Shown in pieces: positions 28,577 through 36,409 of a stretch of 64,000 nucleotides of DNA. The notes below the pieces were generated by a model. The model ran no database searches, was not told where the DNA came from, and saw only the letters and a list, made by a program, of their open reading frames with translations. The DNA comes from a virus: the IMG/VR virus record IMGVR_UViG_3300045450_000109, positions 1 to 64,000 of that record, one strand, 5' to 3'. How positions within the stretch are numbered: the first letter of the stretch is position 1; each line of letters opens with the position of its first letter. A program made the translations under genes and the position numbers.

Positions 28577-28873
28577 AGTTGTGACATGTTCCTCGGCATT
28601 CCGTTTAACATTGCCAGTTACGGGTTGCTGCTCATGATGGTCGCACGTGAAGTCGGAATGGAACCGTACATGTTAGTCGGTGACCTGACGAACGTACACA
28701 TCTACGACAATCACATGGCACAAGTCAAAGAGCAATTGACCCGTGAACCTCACCCCTTACCTTTTGTCAGTTTCACTCGTTTGCCCGACCGCATTGAAGA
28801 CTACAAATGGGGCGACGTCCTGCTTGAAAACTACGAATACCACCCCGCGATTAAAGGCGACATCGCAGTATAG
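28577..28873 (+). CDS. thyA: thymidylate synthase, exon 2
   Basis: SCDMFLGIPFNIASYGLLLMMVA...GDLTNVHIYDNH...REP.PLP matches the conserved ThyA C-terminal third. Confidence 0.85.
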   Translation, partial: SCDMFLGIPFNIASYGLLLMMVAREVGMEPYMLVGDLTNVHIYDNHMAQVKEQLTREPHPLPFVSFTRLPDRIEDYKWGDVLLENYEYHPAIKGDIAV

Positions 28874-28880
28874 CGTTTAT

Positions 28881-28898
28881 GCGGGGGATAACCCCCGC
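28881..28898 (+). terminator. GC hairpin (terminator-like, no T-run)
   Basis: GCGGGGG-ATAA-CCCCCGC. Confidence 0.4.
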
Positions 28899-28912
28899 AT
28901 CCATCAATTGTC

Positions 28913-29392
28913 ATGGGGTTTATCAACATGTTTATTTATCACGGCTCGGCCTATGACCAAAAAGAACTTCAACCCGGGTTTAATCACACCAAGCAACTTA
29001 TTCAGTGGGATGACGTAGAAAGTAACGAATATCTCTACGGTACAACCGATGAAACACAAGCTATTGTTTTAGGGTTTGCTGCACTGCTTGACAAAAACTA
29101 TGGGTTAACTGAGTTCCATCACCACGGTAAGAAAATTGCAGTTGTGCTGGATGATAAATCAGTTAAATCTCTGCTGAAGAAAAATCTTATTGTTTATCTT
29201 TATTCATGTAACAAAGATAATCTTTGGATTAAAAACAATAATCCCAAGAACAACCTGCCAACTGAATACAAGACCCAAGAGACAATTACCCCCGTTAAAA
29301 AGACCAGAATTAATATTACCGACTGGTTAAGTGAACACGGTTATTCGGTAACGGTTTTACGTAATAACAAACTCGGTTCGCAGAGTTGGTAA
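28913..29392 (+). CDS. hypothetical protein in a visibly AT-rich segment
   Basis: 159-aa ORF (the start may be the ATG at 28928). Asn/Lys-rich and A+T-rich compared with its neighbours. The N-terminal IYHGS...YLYGTTDETQAIVLG weakly recalls ART-fold/Tpt1 NAD-lobe motifs. Confidence 0.6.
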   Translation: MGFINMFIYHGSAYDQKELQPGFNHTKQLIQWDDVESNEYLYGTTDETQAIVLGFAALLDKNYGLTEFHHHGKKIAVVLDDKSVKSLLKKNLIVYLYSCNKDNLWIKNNNPKNNLPTEYKTQETITPVKKTRINITDWLSEHGYSVTVLRNNKLGSQSW

Positions 29393-29407
29393 TGTGGAGA
29401 ATTTACT

Positions 29408-29713
29408 ATGCTCTATCTGTCGTTTTCATCCGTCATTGACCAGTCATTGCGTAAGTTCCGTCGGGCTGGGCATGCCCTGTCATACCTCAGTATGAAAACG
29501 GATATCCCGTTTCGACGCATCAACAGCCTGAATGCGCGACGGACGGTGAAACTGGCTAAGCAGTTAGGTTGGGACCCCGCCGTCAACTGGCGGGACTACC
29601 CCTGCAAATGGCACCTGCGACCAGCACATCGACAGGATACGTGTCTGTGTGAAACAAGGTGTCCCAATACCCCATTACCAAAGGTAAATGAAAATGGAAC
29701 AATTAATGAATAG
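29408..29713 (+). CDS. hypothetical protein with RRT(V/L)KLAKQLGWD motif (paralog of 31335-31577)
   Basis: GGAGA SD; shares a ~20-aa motif with the 31335 ORF. Confidence 0.65.
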   Translation: MLYLSFSSVIDQSLRKFRRAGHALSYLSMKTDIPFRRINSLNARRTVKLAKQLGWDPAVNWRDYPCKWHLRPAHRQDTCLCETRCPNTPLPKVNENGTINE

Positions 29714-29999
29714 CGTCGTAGCGTTCGCGTGCGGTCTTGATGAAATCGATGACATTGATTACATCAATCAGGTGCGGGAAGCCGCCATGAAAGTACTGGA
29801 AAGTAAAACCGATGACACGTTAAAGGTTATTTGTTCGCAGGGTCCTATCAGCGACGGTGATGTACCCAGCAAATCTGACCGTAACGCGTTACTGACCATT
29901 GGCGTTATCACCAAATGCATTGTGAAAGGTGAGGACGGTTACCAGGTCTGTAACTACCTGGGGCGTGACGTTGTACGAGCACTTGGTGTGAAAGGGTAA
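29688..29999 (+). CDS. hypothetical protein
   Basis: 103-aa ORF with a short overlap with the upstream gene. Confidence 0.65.
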   Translation: MKMEQLMNSVVAFACGLDEIDDIDYINQVREAAMKVLESKTDDTLKVICSQGPISDGDVPSKSDRNALLTIGVITKCIVKGEDGYQVCNYLGRDVVRALGVKG

Positions 30000-30018
30000 A
30001 TCCCCAAAGAGGTCAGTC

Positions 30019-30357
30019 ATGGCTCAAGTTAGTAAGATGACCCAACGTATTGTTGAGGGAAAAGCTAAACTGTGGTCACTACGCAAGGTTGCATTAAAAC
30101 TCAAGGTCAGTGCGTCAACACTCGAGGAGTGGATTGCTACCGGTGAGTTCCCTAAACCAGATTGCGCAACGGGCAATCTCCGTAAGTGGAGTTCTGACAC
30201 CGTTCAGTTTTGGGTACGGGACCGTTGGTTAAAGTCCATCGGGTTTGATGAACGTCCAAAGGGCACTCCCATCCCTTTAGATGAGGTCAAGAGTCAGCCG
30301 CTACATCCGTTTATTTTGACCGACGCACTGCTGAAAGTCCATCCTGTTGTTTGGTGA
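30019..30357 (+). CDS. HTH DNA-binding protein (AlpA/MerR/excisionase-like)
   Basis: WSLRKVALKLKVSASTLEEWIATGEFPKP is a typical short HTH of this class. Confidence 0.5.
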   Translation: MAQVSKMTQRIVEGKAKLWSLRKVALKLKVSASTLEEWIATGEFPKPDCATGNLRKWSSDTVQFWVRDRWLKSIGFDERPKGTPIPLDEVKSQPLHPFILTDALLKVHPVVW

Positions 30358-30363
30358 GGATAT

Positions 30364-30816
30364 ATGGGTATCTATATCAACGGATACCTCGACAAGAAGG
30401 TTGAGGTTAAAGGCAAGAGCAAATGGGTGGAAGTCGAAGGCGGGTTAACGTTCTTTAACTTCCAAAGCTCCATTATCTACGCCTGGATGTCGGGTATCGG
30501 GAATAATGCCTGCATCCCACCACTGGAGAGTGGGCGCACTACCACGCGATACAAAGACGACTTCGGTGGCCTGTTCGAGGGTTGGACGTTGTCTGTGGAC
30601 CAGCTGCTCAATTTCGATTATGACCAGGTGGTTGAAGACCGCAGTTCATGTGGTTTGGATGAGGTGACCGAGGAAGACTGGATTAGCCTCAGAACATTGA
30701 AGAAAGGGAAAGGTGTGGTTGCCACCTACCGGGAACATTTCGGTGAGGAGTGGTTTGAACGCCTGGCGTTCCTGAAACAAACGGGAGCAGAAAGGCTGGT
30801 GTTCTGGTTTGACTAA
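30364..30816 (+). CDS. hypothetical protein
   Basis: GAGGA SD. Confidence 0.7.
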   Translation: MGIYINGYLDKKVEVKGKSKWVEVEGGLTFFNFQSSIIYAWMSGIGNNACIPPLESGRTTTRYKDDFGGLFEGWTLSVDQLLNFDYDQVVEDRSSCGLDEVTEEDWISLRTLKKGKGVVATYREHFGEEWFERLAFLKQTGAERLVFWFD

Positions 30817-30837
30817 CATTGCAGGAATTACGTTTCC

Positions 30838-31038
30838 ATGTCTGAATCAAAGAAAGTGAAAGCGACCGACCCAAGTTGGTATTGGGTAAAAATGGAACCT
30901 GATGAGGACGCGGCCTATTGGCGTGAGCGGGGTCATATTCTCATCAACCAGTACGGTGCACGAACACGTAGCAGCGTACCCATTGAAGATGACCTACCCC
31001 CAACAGGCGACCCGCACCACGATAAACGTTGGCAGTAG
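30838..31038 (+). CDS. hypothetical protein (66 aa)
   Basis: AGGAA SD; terminator follows. Confidence 0.6.
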   Translation: MSESKKVKATDPSWYWVKMEPDEDAAYWRERGHILINQYGARTRSSVPIEDDLPPTGDPHHDKRWQ

Positions 31039-31048
31039 TGTCAAACAA

Positions 31049-31075
31049 AGGGGTCTTCGGACTCCTTTTTTATTT
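31049..31075 (+). terminator. intrinsic terminator
   Basis: AGGGGTC-TTCG-GACTCCT followed by TTTTTATTTT. Confidence 0.8.
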
Positions 31076-31123
31076 TGTCATTTATTACATACACTGGACA
31101 TGGTGTAGTTAACTGGAGGTATC

Positions 31124-31333
31124 ATGTCAGAACTCGTGTCTGTGACACAGCAACAATTCAGTGATTTTATTTTTTATATTCGTCAGCGGACACGTATCAA
31201 AGTTCAATCGCAATCTCAAGCCAATGGTAATTTTGTTGTGCGATACCAAGTCCGTGATGGCGTCGTGGTAGGCGAAATCACATTCAGTCGTCAGTTTGCC
31301 ACCACCTGGAAAGTCTTCCGAGACGGCGGATAA
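31124..31333 (+). CDS. hypothetical protein (69 aa)
   Basis: GGAGG SD. Confidence 0.65.
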   Translation: MSELVSVTQQQFSDFIFYIRQRTRIKVQSQSQANGNFVVRYQVRDGVVVGEITFSRQFATTWKVFRDGG

Positions 31334-31334
31334 A

Positions 31335-31577
31335 ATGAATCGCCAAGCGTTTTTTACAGCCCATGCCCAGTCCCCGAGAAAACAACGTCAGGCACTGGAA
31401 GTAACAGCTTACTTTGCACACCGCACACCCTACCACCACAACCAATTGAAAAACTATTCACTGCGCCGTACCCTAAAACTTGCTAAGCAATTGGGGTGGG
31501 ATGCATCCGTGAGCTTCCGGTCTCAACCGTGGCGAAACGGCAAAGAGAAACGGCGCTTTGGCACCAATCACAAATAG
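31335..31577 (+). CDS. hypothetical protein with RRTLKLAKQLGWD motif (paralog of 29408-29713)
   Basis: ATG 2 nt after the upstream stop; shared motif. Confidence 0.6.
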   Translation: MNRQAFFTAHAQSPRKQRQALEVTAYFAHRTPYHHNQLKNYSLRRTLKLAKQLGWDASVSFRSQPWRNGKEKRRFGTNHK

Positions 31578-31594
31578 GGTTATCAGAGGGTATT

Positions 31595-32098
31595 ATGGAA
31601 AAAGACAAAGACGGGTATCTTAGCGTTACCATTGGTTGCTTTAATAGCGTAAGTACCATCGATGGTCGCACGTACCGTATCACTGAAGAAAAGCTTCGAG
31701 AAAGGCTCGACAAATTGGTTGGTCATCCGTTGGGCGAAATCGAAGGGGCCTCGCTTATCCGAAGCACTCAGATATCCGGCTATGAGCACTTCGCAGCCCG
31801 GATGCTCACGGTCGAACGGGGCAGTCAGGTCGGGATGTTAAAAGACTACGACATTGTCCACGGTCAAGGGGATACCTTGGTGGTTAAGGGACACATTGAA
31901 CCGAGCCCAATGTTTCAGGAAGTGTTGGTCGGGTGTCGTGACAGCAATCCTCAGTTTGGGATTCGTTGTTTCTCCAAACCGCGCAGTCCGGCCCAGTCCG
32001 AGGTTCTTGACATCACAAACTTGATTGGGTTCGATTACATTGCGCCTCTCCATTGTTCGGTTAAACCGAGCGATACCGTAAAAGGCGACAAACCATGA
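31595..32098 (+). CDS. hypothetical protein
   Basis: ATG after GAGGG SD. Confidence 0.7.
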   Translation: MEKDKDGYLSVTIGCFNSVSTIDGRTYRITEEKLRERLDKLVGHPLGEIEGASLIRSTQISGYEHFAARMLTVERGSQVGMLKDYDIVHGQGDTLVVKGHIEPSPMFQEVLVGCRDSNPQFGIRCFSKPRSPAQSEVLDITNLIGFDYIAPLHCSVKPSDTVKGDKP

Positions 32099-32766
32099 AA
32101 GAAATTACCTGGGTCCCGGCAACCGAAAGCCTGCCAGGATACTGGTGTTATCCAAACGGTAAACCGGCTGGTATTGCTCCAAACTTCCGGGCGTTCTATG
32201 GTGAACAAGCAGTGATTGTGTTTCACCCACCAAAGGTAGCCATGCCTTTTGTTTGTACCGAAGGCCAACTGGATATTCTGGATTTTGGTGACAAACCCAT
32301 CATCCTGGCCGTGCCGTCAGTACCGGTAATCGACGACACAATGTTCATTGATGGGGTGTCAAATAACCTAATACGCATTACCCCACCCACGAAACAGGCA
32401 TTGACTGACCACCTCAACTCCCTGACCCGTTTTGGTATGAAATTCATTACCCCAGACATGGTATCAATATACCCGAACATCGAACTCAAATGCTACCAGG
32501 TTGCCGTGGAAGGATTCGGTAACGTTGGTGCAGTGGACAAGCCGATATATGACACGGTGAAATTGTTCGAGGTCTGGGTTGAAGGTTATCAGGCCCAGGG
32601 TAACCACGGTTGTGCTCGACTTGAAGGCCAAGCCGTGGCAGGCTGTTTCAGAGATGCGTGTGCATTAGTCATGACAGGCAACCAGTATTACAACCCGGCG
32701 GGCAATACGTGGTGGGGTTGTCGTTTGTTTGACAATGAGCAGGACGCTCGCAAAGCCTTTGGTTAG
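32095..32766 (+). CDS. hypothetical protein
   Basis: ATGA overlap with the upstream gene. Confidence 0.75.
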   Translation: MKEITWVPATESLPGYWCYPNGKPAGIAPNFRAFYGEQAVIVFHPPKVAMPFVCTEGQLDILDFGDKPIILAVPSVPVIDDTMFIDGVSNNLIRITPPTKQALTDHLNSLTRFGMKFITPDMVSIYPNIELKCYQVAVEGFGNVGAVDKPIYDTVKLFEVWVEGYQAQGNHGCARLEGQAVAGCFRDACALVMTGNQYYNPAGNTWWGCRLFDNEQDARKAFG

Positions 32767-32792
32767 TTTCGTCTCCTGATAACAAATCAACC

Positions 32793-32811
32793 AAATAAAA
32801 ACGTATATTAC
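32793..32811 (+). promoter_or_regulatory. phage promoter-like motif (short-spacer variant)
   Basis: AAATAAAAACG-TATATTAC; same AAAACGTATATTAC core as the copy at 57619-57632. Confidence 0.4.
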
Positions 32812-32859
32812 TGACTTGGACACCCAGGTCAGTAATCTTTCTTTTTTTGCAAGGACATC

Positions 32860-33417
32860 ATGAAACGTACAAAAGTCATGAACTACGAACGCTTTCGTAA
32901 ACATCGCAAAGTGTTTCTGTATGCGGGACTGTTAACCGTGCCGTTCATTTCAGGTTGTGACCAGACCCCTGGTACCACTCCGTTTTCAACCATCAGTCAG
33001 TGTCAGCAACAATATCACTATTCCGCTGCTCAGTGCCGTCAGATTTACGGACAAGCCGTGGACCAAGCCAAACTGACTGGCCCGCAGTATCGTACGCAAC
33101 AGGACTGCGTGAACGACAACCGCAATGACCCTCAGGCCCGTCAGCAATGCCAGTACACCCATCACGGGAGTACGTCCCATTTCTTCTATGTTCCCCGGTA
33201 TTACAGTTACTCACCCGGGTCGTATGCGCAACCGTTTTACCGCGGTCACGGCAACGATTACCGCTCAGCATCGGGAAAATCATTCACTCCCAGTAAAGGC
33301 GGGTACACCCGACCAACCACAACTGCCCGTACGGTTACTCGTGCTGGGTTTGGAAGCAGTGTCGCCAGTCACTCGAGCAGTCGTAGCTTCAGTGGTGGGC
33401 ATTCATTTGGAGGTTAA
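32860..33417 (+). CDS. YgiB/DUF1190-like lipoprotein
   Basis: MKRTKVMNYERFRK...ISGC lipobox, a Cys/Gln-rich middle, and a C-terminal TTARTVTRAGFGSSVASHSSSRSFSGG. This follows the layout of E. coli YgiB as I recall it (MKRTKSI..FRK...AGC...TTVTRGGFGESV...). Confidence 0.6.
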   Translation: MKRTKVMNYERFRKHRKVFLYAGLLTVPFISGCDQTPGTTPFSTISQCQQQYHYSAAQCRQIYGQAVDQAKLTGPQYRTQQDCVNDNRNDPQARQQCQYTHHGSTSHFFYVPRYYSYSPGSYAQPFYRGHGNDYRSASGKSFTPSKGGYTRPTTTARTVTRAGFGSSVASHSSSRSFSGGHSFGG

Positions 33418-33419
33418 CC

Positions 33420-33899
33420 ATGGCTCTTGCCACTCAATCTGTTGTAATGTATCCTGACAACAAAATACGACCGGATGCGGTGGTATTCGGTTTCCACCGA
33501 TGGCGTGTGGTGGAGGGAGAACCCGTAGAGTTTCCCAAGGAATGCCATTCCCAGTTTGCTATACTCCAACAATATCGTGATGGGGGCGCGTATCTGTGGA
33601 TGTGCTATACTCCCACGGATGCGACTATTGACCACGCAGCCAAACTCACCATCACACTTAATCAGGAACAGCAAGGCGACGTGAGGTACCGTTTGGTCAC
33701 GGAGTACGATGATTTGCTGTCTATCCCATTTGATTCCAAAATCCCGCCGTTTGCTGTCAAACTCAACTATGCCCCTGTTACAGCTGAGGGTGTAGGTTGC
33801 GACATTGATTTTGATATAGACCGCTTTGGTCGTACAGTGGTGTTCATCAACCAACAATGGTGGGGGCGGTATGCCCATCCTAACGAACCCCTGGTCTGA
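33420..33899 (+). CDS. hypothetical protein
   Basis: GGAGG SD. A mirror ORF on the minus strand (33414-33908) was rejected. Confidence 0.65.
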   Translation: MALATQSVVMYPDNKIRPDAVVFGFHRWRVVEGEPVEFPKECHSQFAILQQYRDGGAYLWMCYTPTDATIDHAAKLTITLNQEQQGDVRYRLVTEYDDLLSIPFDSKIPPFAVKLNYAPVTAEGVGCDIDFDIDRFGRTVVFINQQWWGRYAHPNEPLV

Positions 33900-33934
33900 C
33901 TCTAACATTGATACACAACCGGAGAGTTTCCCTC

Positions 33935-33997
33935 TTGAAAAAAATACTGGTTCTGCTTATTGCATGTCTGGTTGTGGGTTGTGAGAGGAAACAATAA
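33935..33997 (+). CDS. possible 20-aa mini-lipoprotein (signal peptide + lipobox + 4 residues)
   Basis: TTG start after GGAGAG. Sequence MKKILVLLIACLVVGCERKQ. The stop overlaps the next ATG. Confidence 0.3.
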   Translation: MKKILVLLIACLVVGCERKQ

Positions 33998-34221
33998 TGG
34001 CCAAGTCTATCTGGAAACGCGGGATGTGTATGACTCGCCAGGAAAAGAAAAAGCTCCGTGCAATAATGCCACATCCTAACCGAGGGCGTGCTTTATATCG
34101 GTGGAAAGTCGAGAACCGCGAATTAACGACCAAAATGTGGAAGCACTTTGGTACGGGGCAACCATTGGCCTCACCAACACCCACGACCGATGAACTGTAC
34201 GACATGTATGTCGAAGGATAA
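33997..34221 (+). CDS. hypothetical basic protein (74 aa)
   Basis: ORF in the track; TAATG junction with the upstream ORF. Confidence 0.6.
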   Translation: MAKSIWKRGMCMTRQEKKKLRAIMPHPNRGRALYRWKVENRELTTKMWKHFGTGQPLASPTPTTDELYDMYVEG

Positions 34222-34304
34222 TTCATGAGCCGTCAACAAACCTATTCCGAACTCATGCTTGAGGGTCTGTATACCGCAGACCCCACATCTTCGGAACTGG
34301 AATC

Positions 34305-34550
34305 ATGCAAAAACGTAATCGTGTTTATCGTCGTCTGAAAGCAGCACTGAAAAAGCAACGAGTATCTCGCTACGGACAAGCCAATTACTACTACCGGGAA
34401 TGTACGCCTCAAACCGATCCCCGTATCCTGGGTAAGGTTGCAGCAGCACCTGCGGGATGTGGTTGTTGGATGTGTGCTAACCATCGTCAGGTGTTTGGCG
34501 TGCCGTTCAGTGAAACCCGTCGCAAGCTGCGTTACACCGGCGGCGAATAA
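34305..34550 (+). CDS. hypothetical basic Cys-containing protein (81 aa)
   Basis: ORF followed by a terminator; contains CGCWMC..H. Confidence 0.55.
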   Translation: MQKRNRVYRRLKAALKKQRVSRYGQANYYYRECTPQTDPRILGKVAAAPAGCGCWMCANHRQVFGVPFSETRRKLRYTGGE

Positions 34551-34561
34551 CACGGCATAAC

Positions 34562-34590
34562 GGGAGGACAAACGTCCTCCCTTTTATTTG
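34562..34590 (+). terminator. intrinsic terminator
   Basis: GGGAGGAC-AAAC-GTCCTCCC followed by TTTTATTT. Confidence 0.85.
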
Positions 34591-34618
34591 TCAACCCAAC
34601 ACATAGGGGATAACCACT

Positions 34619-35293
34619 ATGGGTAAATTGAACAAGATTGAATTCAGTGCAGTATCAACCACCATGACCGCGCCGAATATTCCTGCTGACTCTATTGTTG
34701 CCAAGTTTACATCTCACCAGCAGATAGACACCATTACCAGTACATACATCGCTCGCTACGGTGAAGATGTTTTTCAATACCCCCATCAGCCCGAGAAGCC
34801 GGAATGGCACATTACCCTGCGGCAAGACGGACAATCCCCGAGAGAGCTGTTTTTGCCCATTGGTTTAGGGGTGGATGCACTGAACCTGACCCGACTGGCT
34901 TGTACGGAACACCTTCCACGGTATTTAGCGTTAGTCTGCATGTGTTGGTTATCCATTGGCAACCAGCGCCACCAGTTCTATTTCCCTTTGGCTCGTCGGG
35001 GCGTCCACCGACTCACTCCACACCCCAGTGAGATGGATCTGAAAACATTGGCTGCACTTGTTCATGTTCCCAGTGAACTCAAATGGACAGAGATTCCCAG
35101 TAACAATCAACCGTATTACCTTCGCGATGCCAAAGCCGGAAAAGGGGCTCTGCTGGAAGTCCACAGCCACCAACCGTTTGTTTTGTGGTACTGGTTGTCA
35201 TTTGCAGATTTCAACAAAAGTGTGGATGACTCAGTGGTGGACCGTTTGTCTACGGCTATTTCGCAGTGGCGTCACAGTGACCTAATTGACTAA
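34619..35293 (+). CDS. hypothetical protein
   Basis: GGGGGA SD. Confidence 0.75.
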   Translation: MGKLNKIEFSAVSTTMTAPNIPADSIVAKFTSHQQIDTITSTYIARYGEDVFQYPHQPEKPEWHITLRQDGQSPRELFLPIGLGVDALNLTRLACTEHLPRYLALVCMCWLSIGNQRHQFYFPLARRGVHRLTPHPSEMDLKTLAALVHVPSELKWTEIPSNNQPYYLRDAKAGKGALLEVHSHQPFVLWYWLSFADFNKSVDDSVVDRLSTAISQWRHSDLID

Positions 35294-35302
35294 GGAACTA
35301 CT

Positions 35303-36043
35303 ATGTACCGTAATTGGTTCGATTCTATCTACCAGACTAAAAATTTGGTGAAGGCCCGTATTGAATACATCGACGGTGATGGCAAAACCATGGGACTGAC
35401 CAGCAACGATATCGGAGATGATGTCTTTCTGCATGTTCGCGATGGCCTCACCGGACAAATGTTCCATTTCCCTTGTCGGATACTGGCAATCCGTCTCAGT
35501 ACCGAAGTCTGGTATGACCTGTTTGTGTACACCAATGAAGAACAAACGTTGGGGATGCGCGTCAACCGGGTACGGGGTGAGACTATCTCCGCCCATCCGC
35601 TAAACGAAAACCCAGAACAGGATTTTAATAGCAAGGAGTTAGCCGCTGTACTTACTCAGGCTGTTGAATCCGGTGAGTTGCAGTTGGAGTCAGCACCCGA
35701 AGAAGAACTCACTCCGTCCATGGCGCAGGAAACCCCCATAACCTGGTTCAATAAACAGTTCTACATCTTCCGACCCTTACGCATGGGGACGTCCATCAGT
35801 CGCCTGTTTATCCACGGTAAGTTCGATGACATTATCCCGGTTGCACAAATTGGGGATGATGTCATGATAGGGGACGGTGACGGTGGGCGTTTGGCTGACG
35901 GGGTAGTGGCAGAAATCCACGTCGAAGACGAGTTTTATTATTCGGTGGCGATTCCGATTGTCTGTCCACAAGGTGAGCGTTACGTAGTGTTACATAAACT
36001 GCACGTTGATGACATCCGTCCATTGGTGGTTGATAATGATTGA
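35303..36043 (+). CDS. hypothetical protein
   Basis: AAGGAA SD. Confidence 0.75.
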   Translation: MYRNWFDSIYQTKNLVKARIEYIDGDGKTMGLTSNDIGDDVFLHVRDGLTGQMFHFPCRILAIRLSTEVWYDLFVYTNEEQTLGMRVNRVRGETISAHPLNENPEQDFNSKELAAVLTQAVESGELQLESAPEEELTPSMAQETPITWFNKQFYIFRPLRMGTSISRLFIHGKFDDIIPVAQIGDDVMIGDGDGGRLADGVVAEIHVEDEFYYSVAIPIVCPQGERYVVLHKLHVDDIRPLVVDND

Positions 36044-36407
36044 ACCTAAAACACTGAAATTTTCAGACTGGTTGCGCATGAACGGGCGCGAAGCGACGCT
36101 CGTCACCCGTGGGTTTCAGGGTGAGTACAGTTATCTGTATTGTGGCGACCAGAAAATCAACCTGACTGCTACCGTGCCTGATGAGGATGATACGGACACG
36201 TCGGTGTCAGACCGCCTCACTGAACGCGGTATCAGTCGGTTCGACCCTAAACGCGATGTGACCCTGCGCGGGCATTTGATGGTGCGGATGGTGCCGGACA
36301 CCGATTGCTACGTGGTGAGCTTTCTGGAAAACCGCAAAGTCAAGCACCCGCAGGCAGTCCTACTCTGGACCGCATCGATTCAAGCTGAAAGCCAACAGGT
36401 ACATTGA
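36036..36407 (+). CDS. hypothetical protein
   Basis: ATG overlapping the upstream stop (ATGATTGA). Confidence 0.65.
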   Translation: MIEPKTLKFSDWLRMNGREATLVTRGFQGEYSYLYCGDQKINLTATVPDEDDTDTSVSDRLTERGISRFDPKRDVTLRGHLMVRMVPDTDCYVVSFLENRKVKHPQAVLLWTASIQAESQQVH

Positions 36408-36409
36408 TT

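Noticed and set aside
33414-33908. 164-aa minus-strand ORF mirroring + ORF 33420-33899
   Set aside because: The + strand ORF has a GGAGG SD and fits the unidirectional operon, while the minus ORF has no upstream signal. This remains slightly ambiguous without homology searches.
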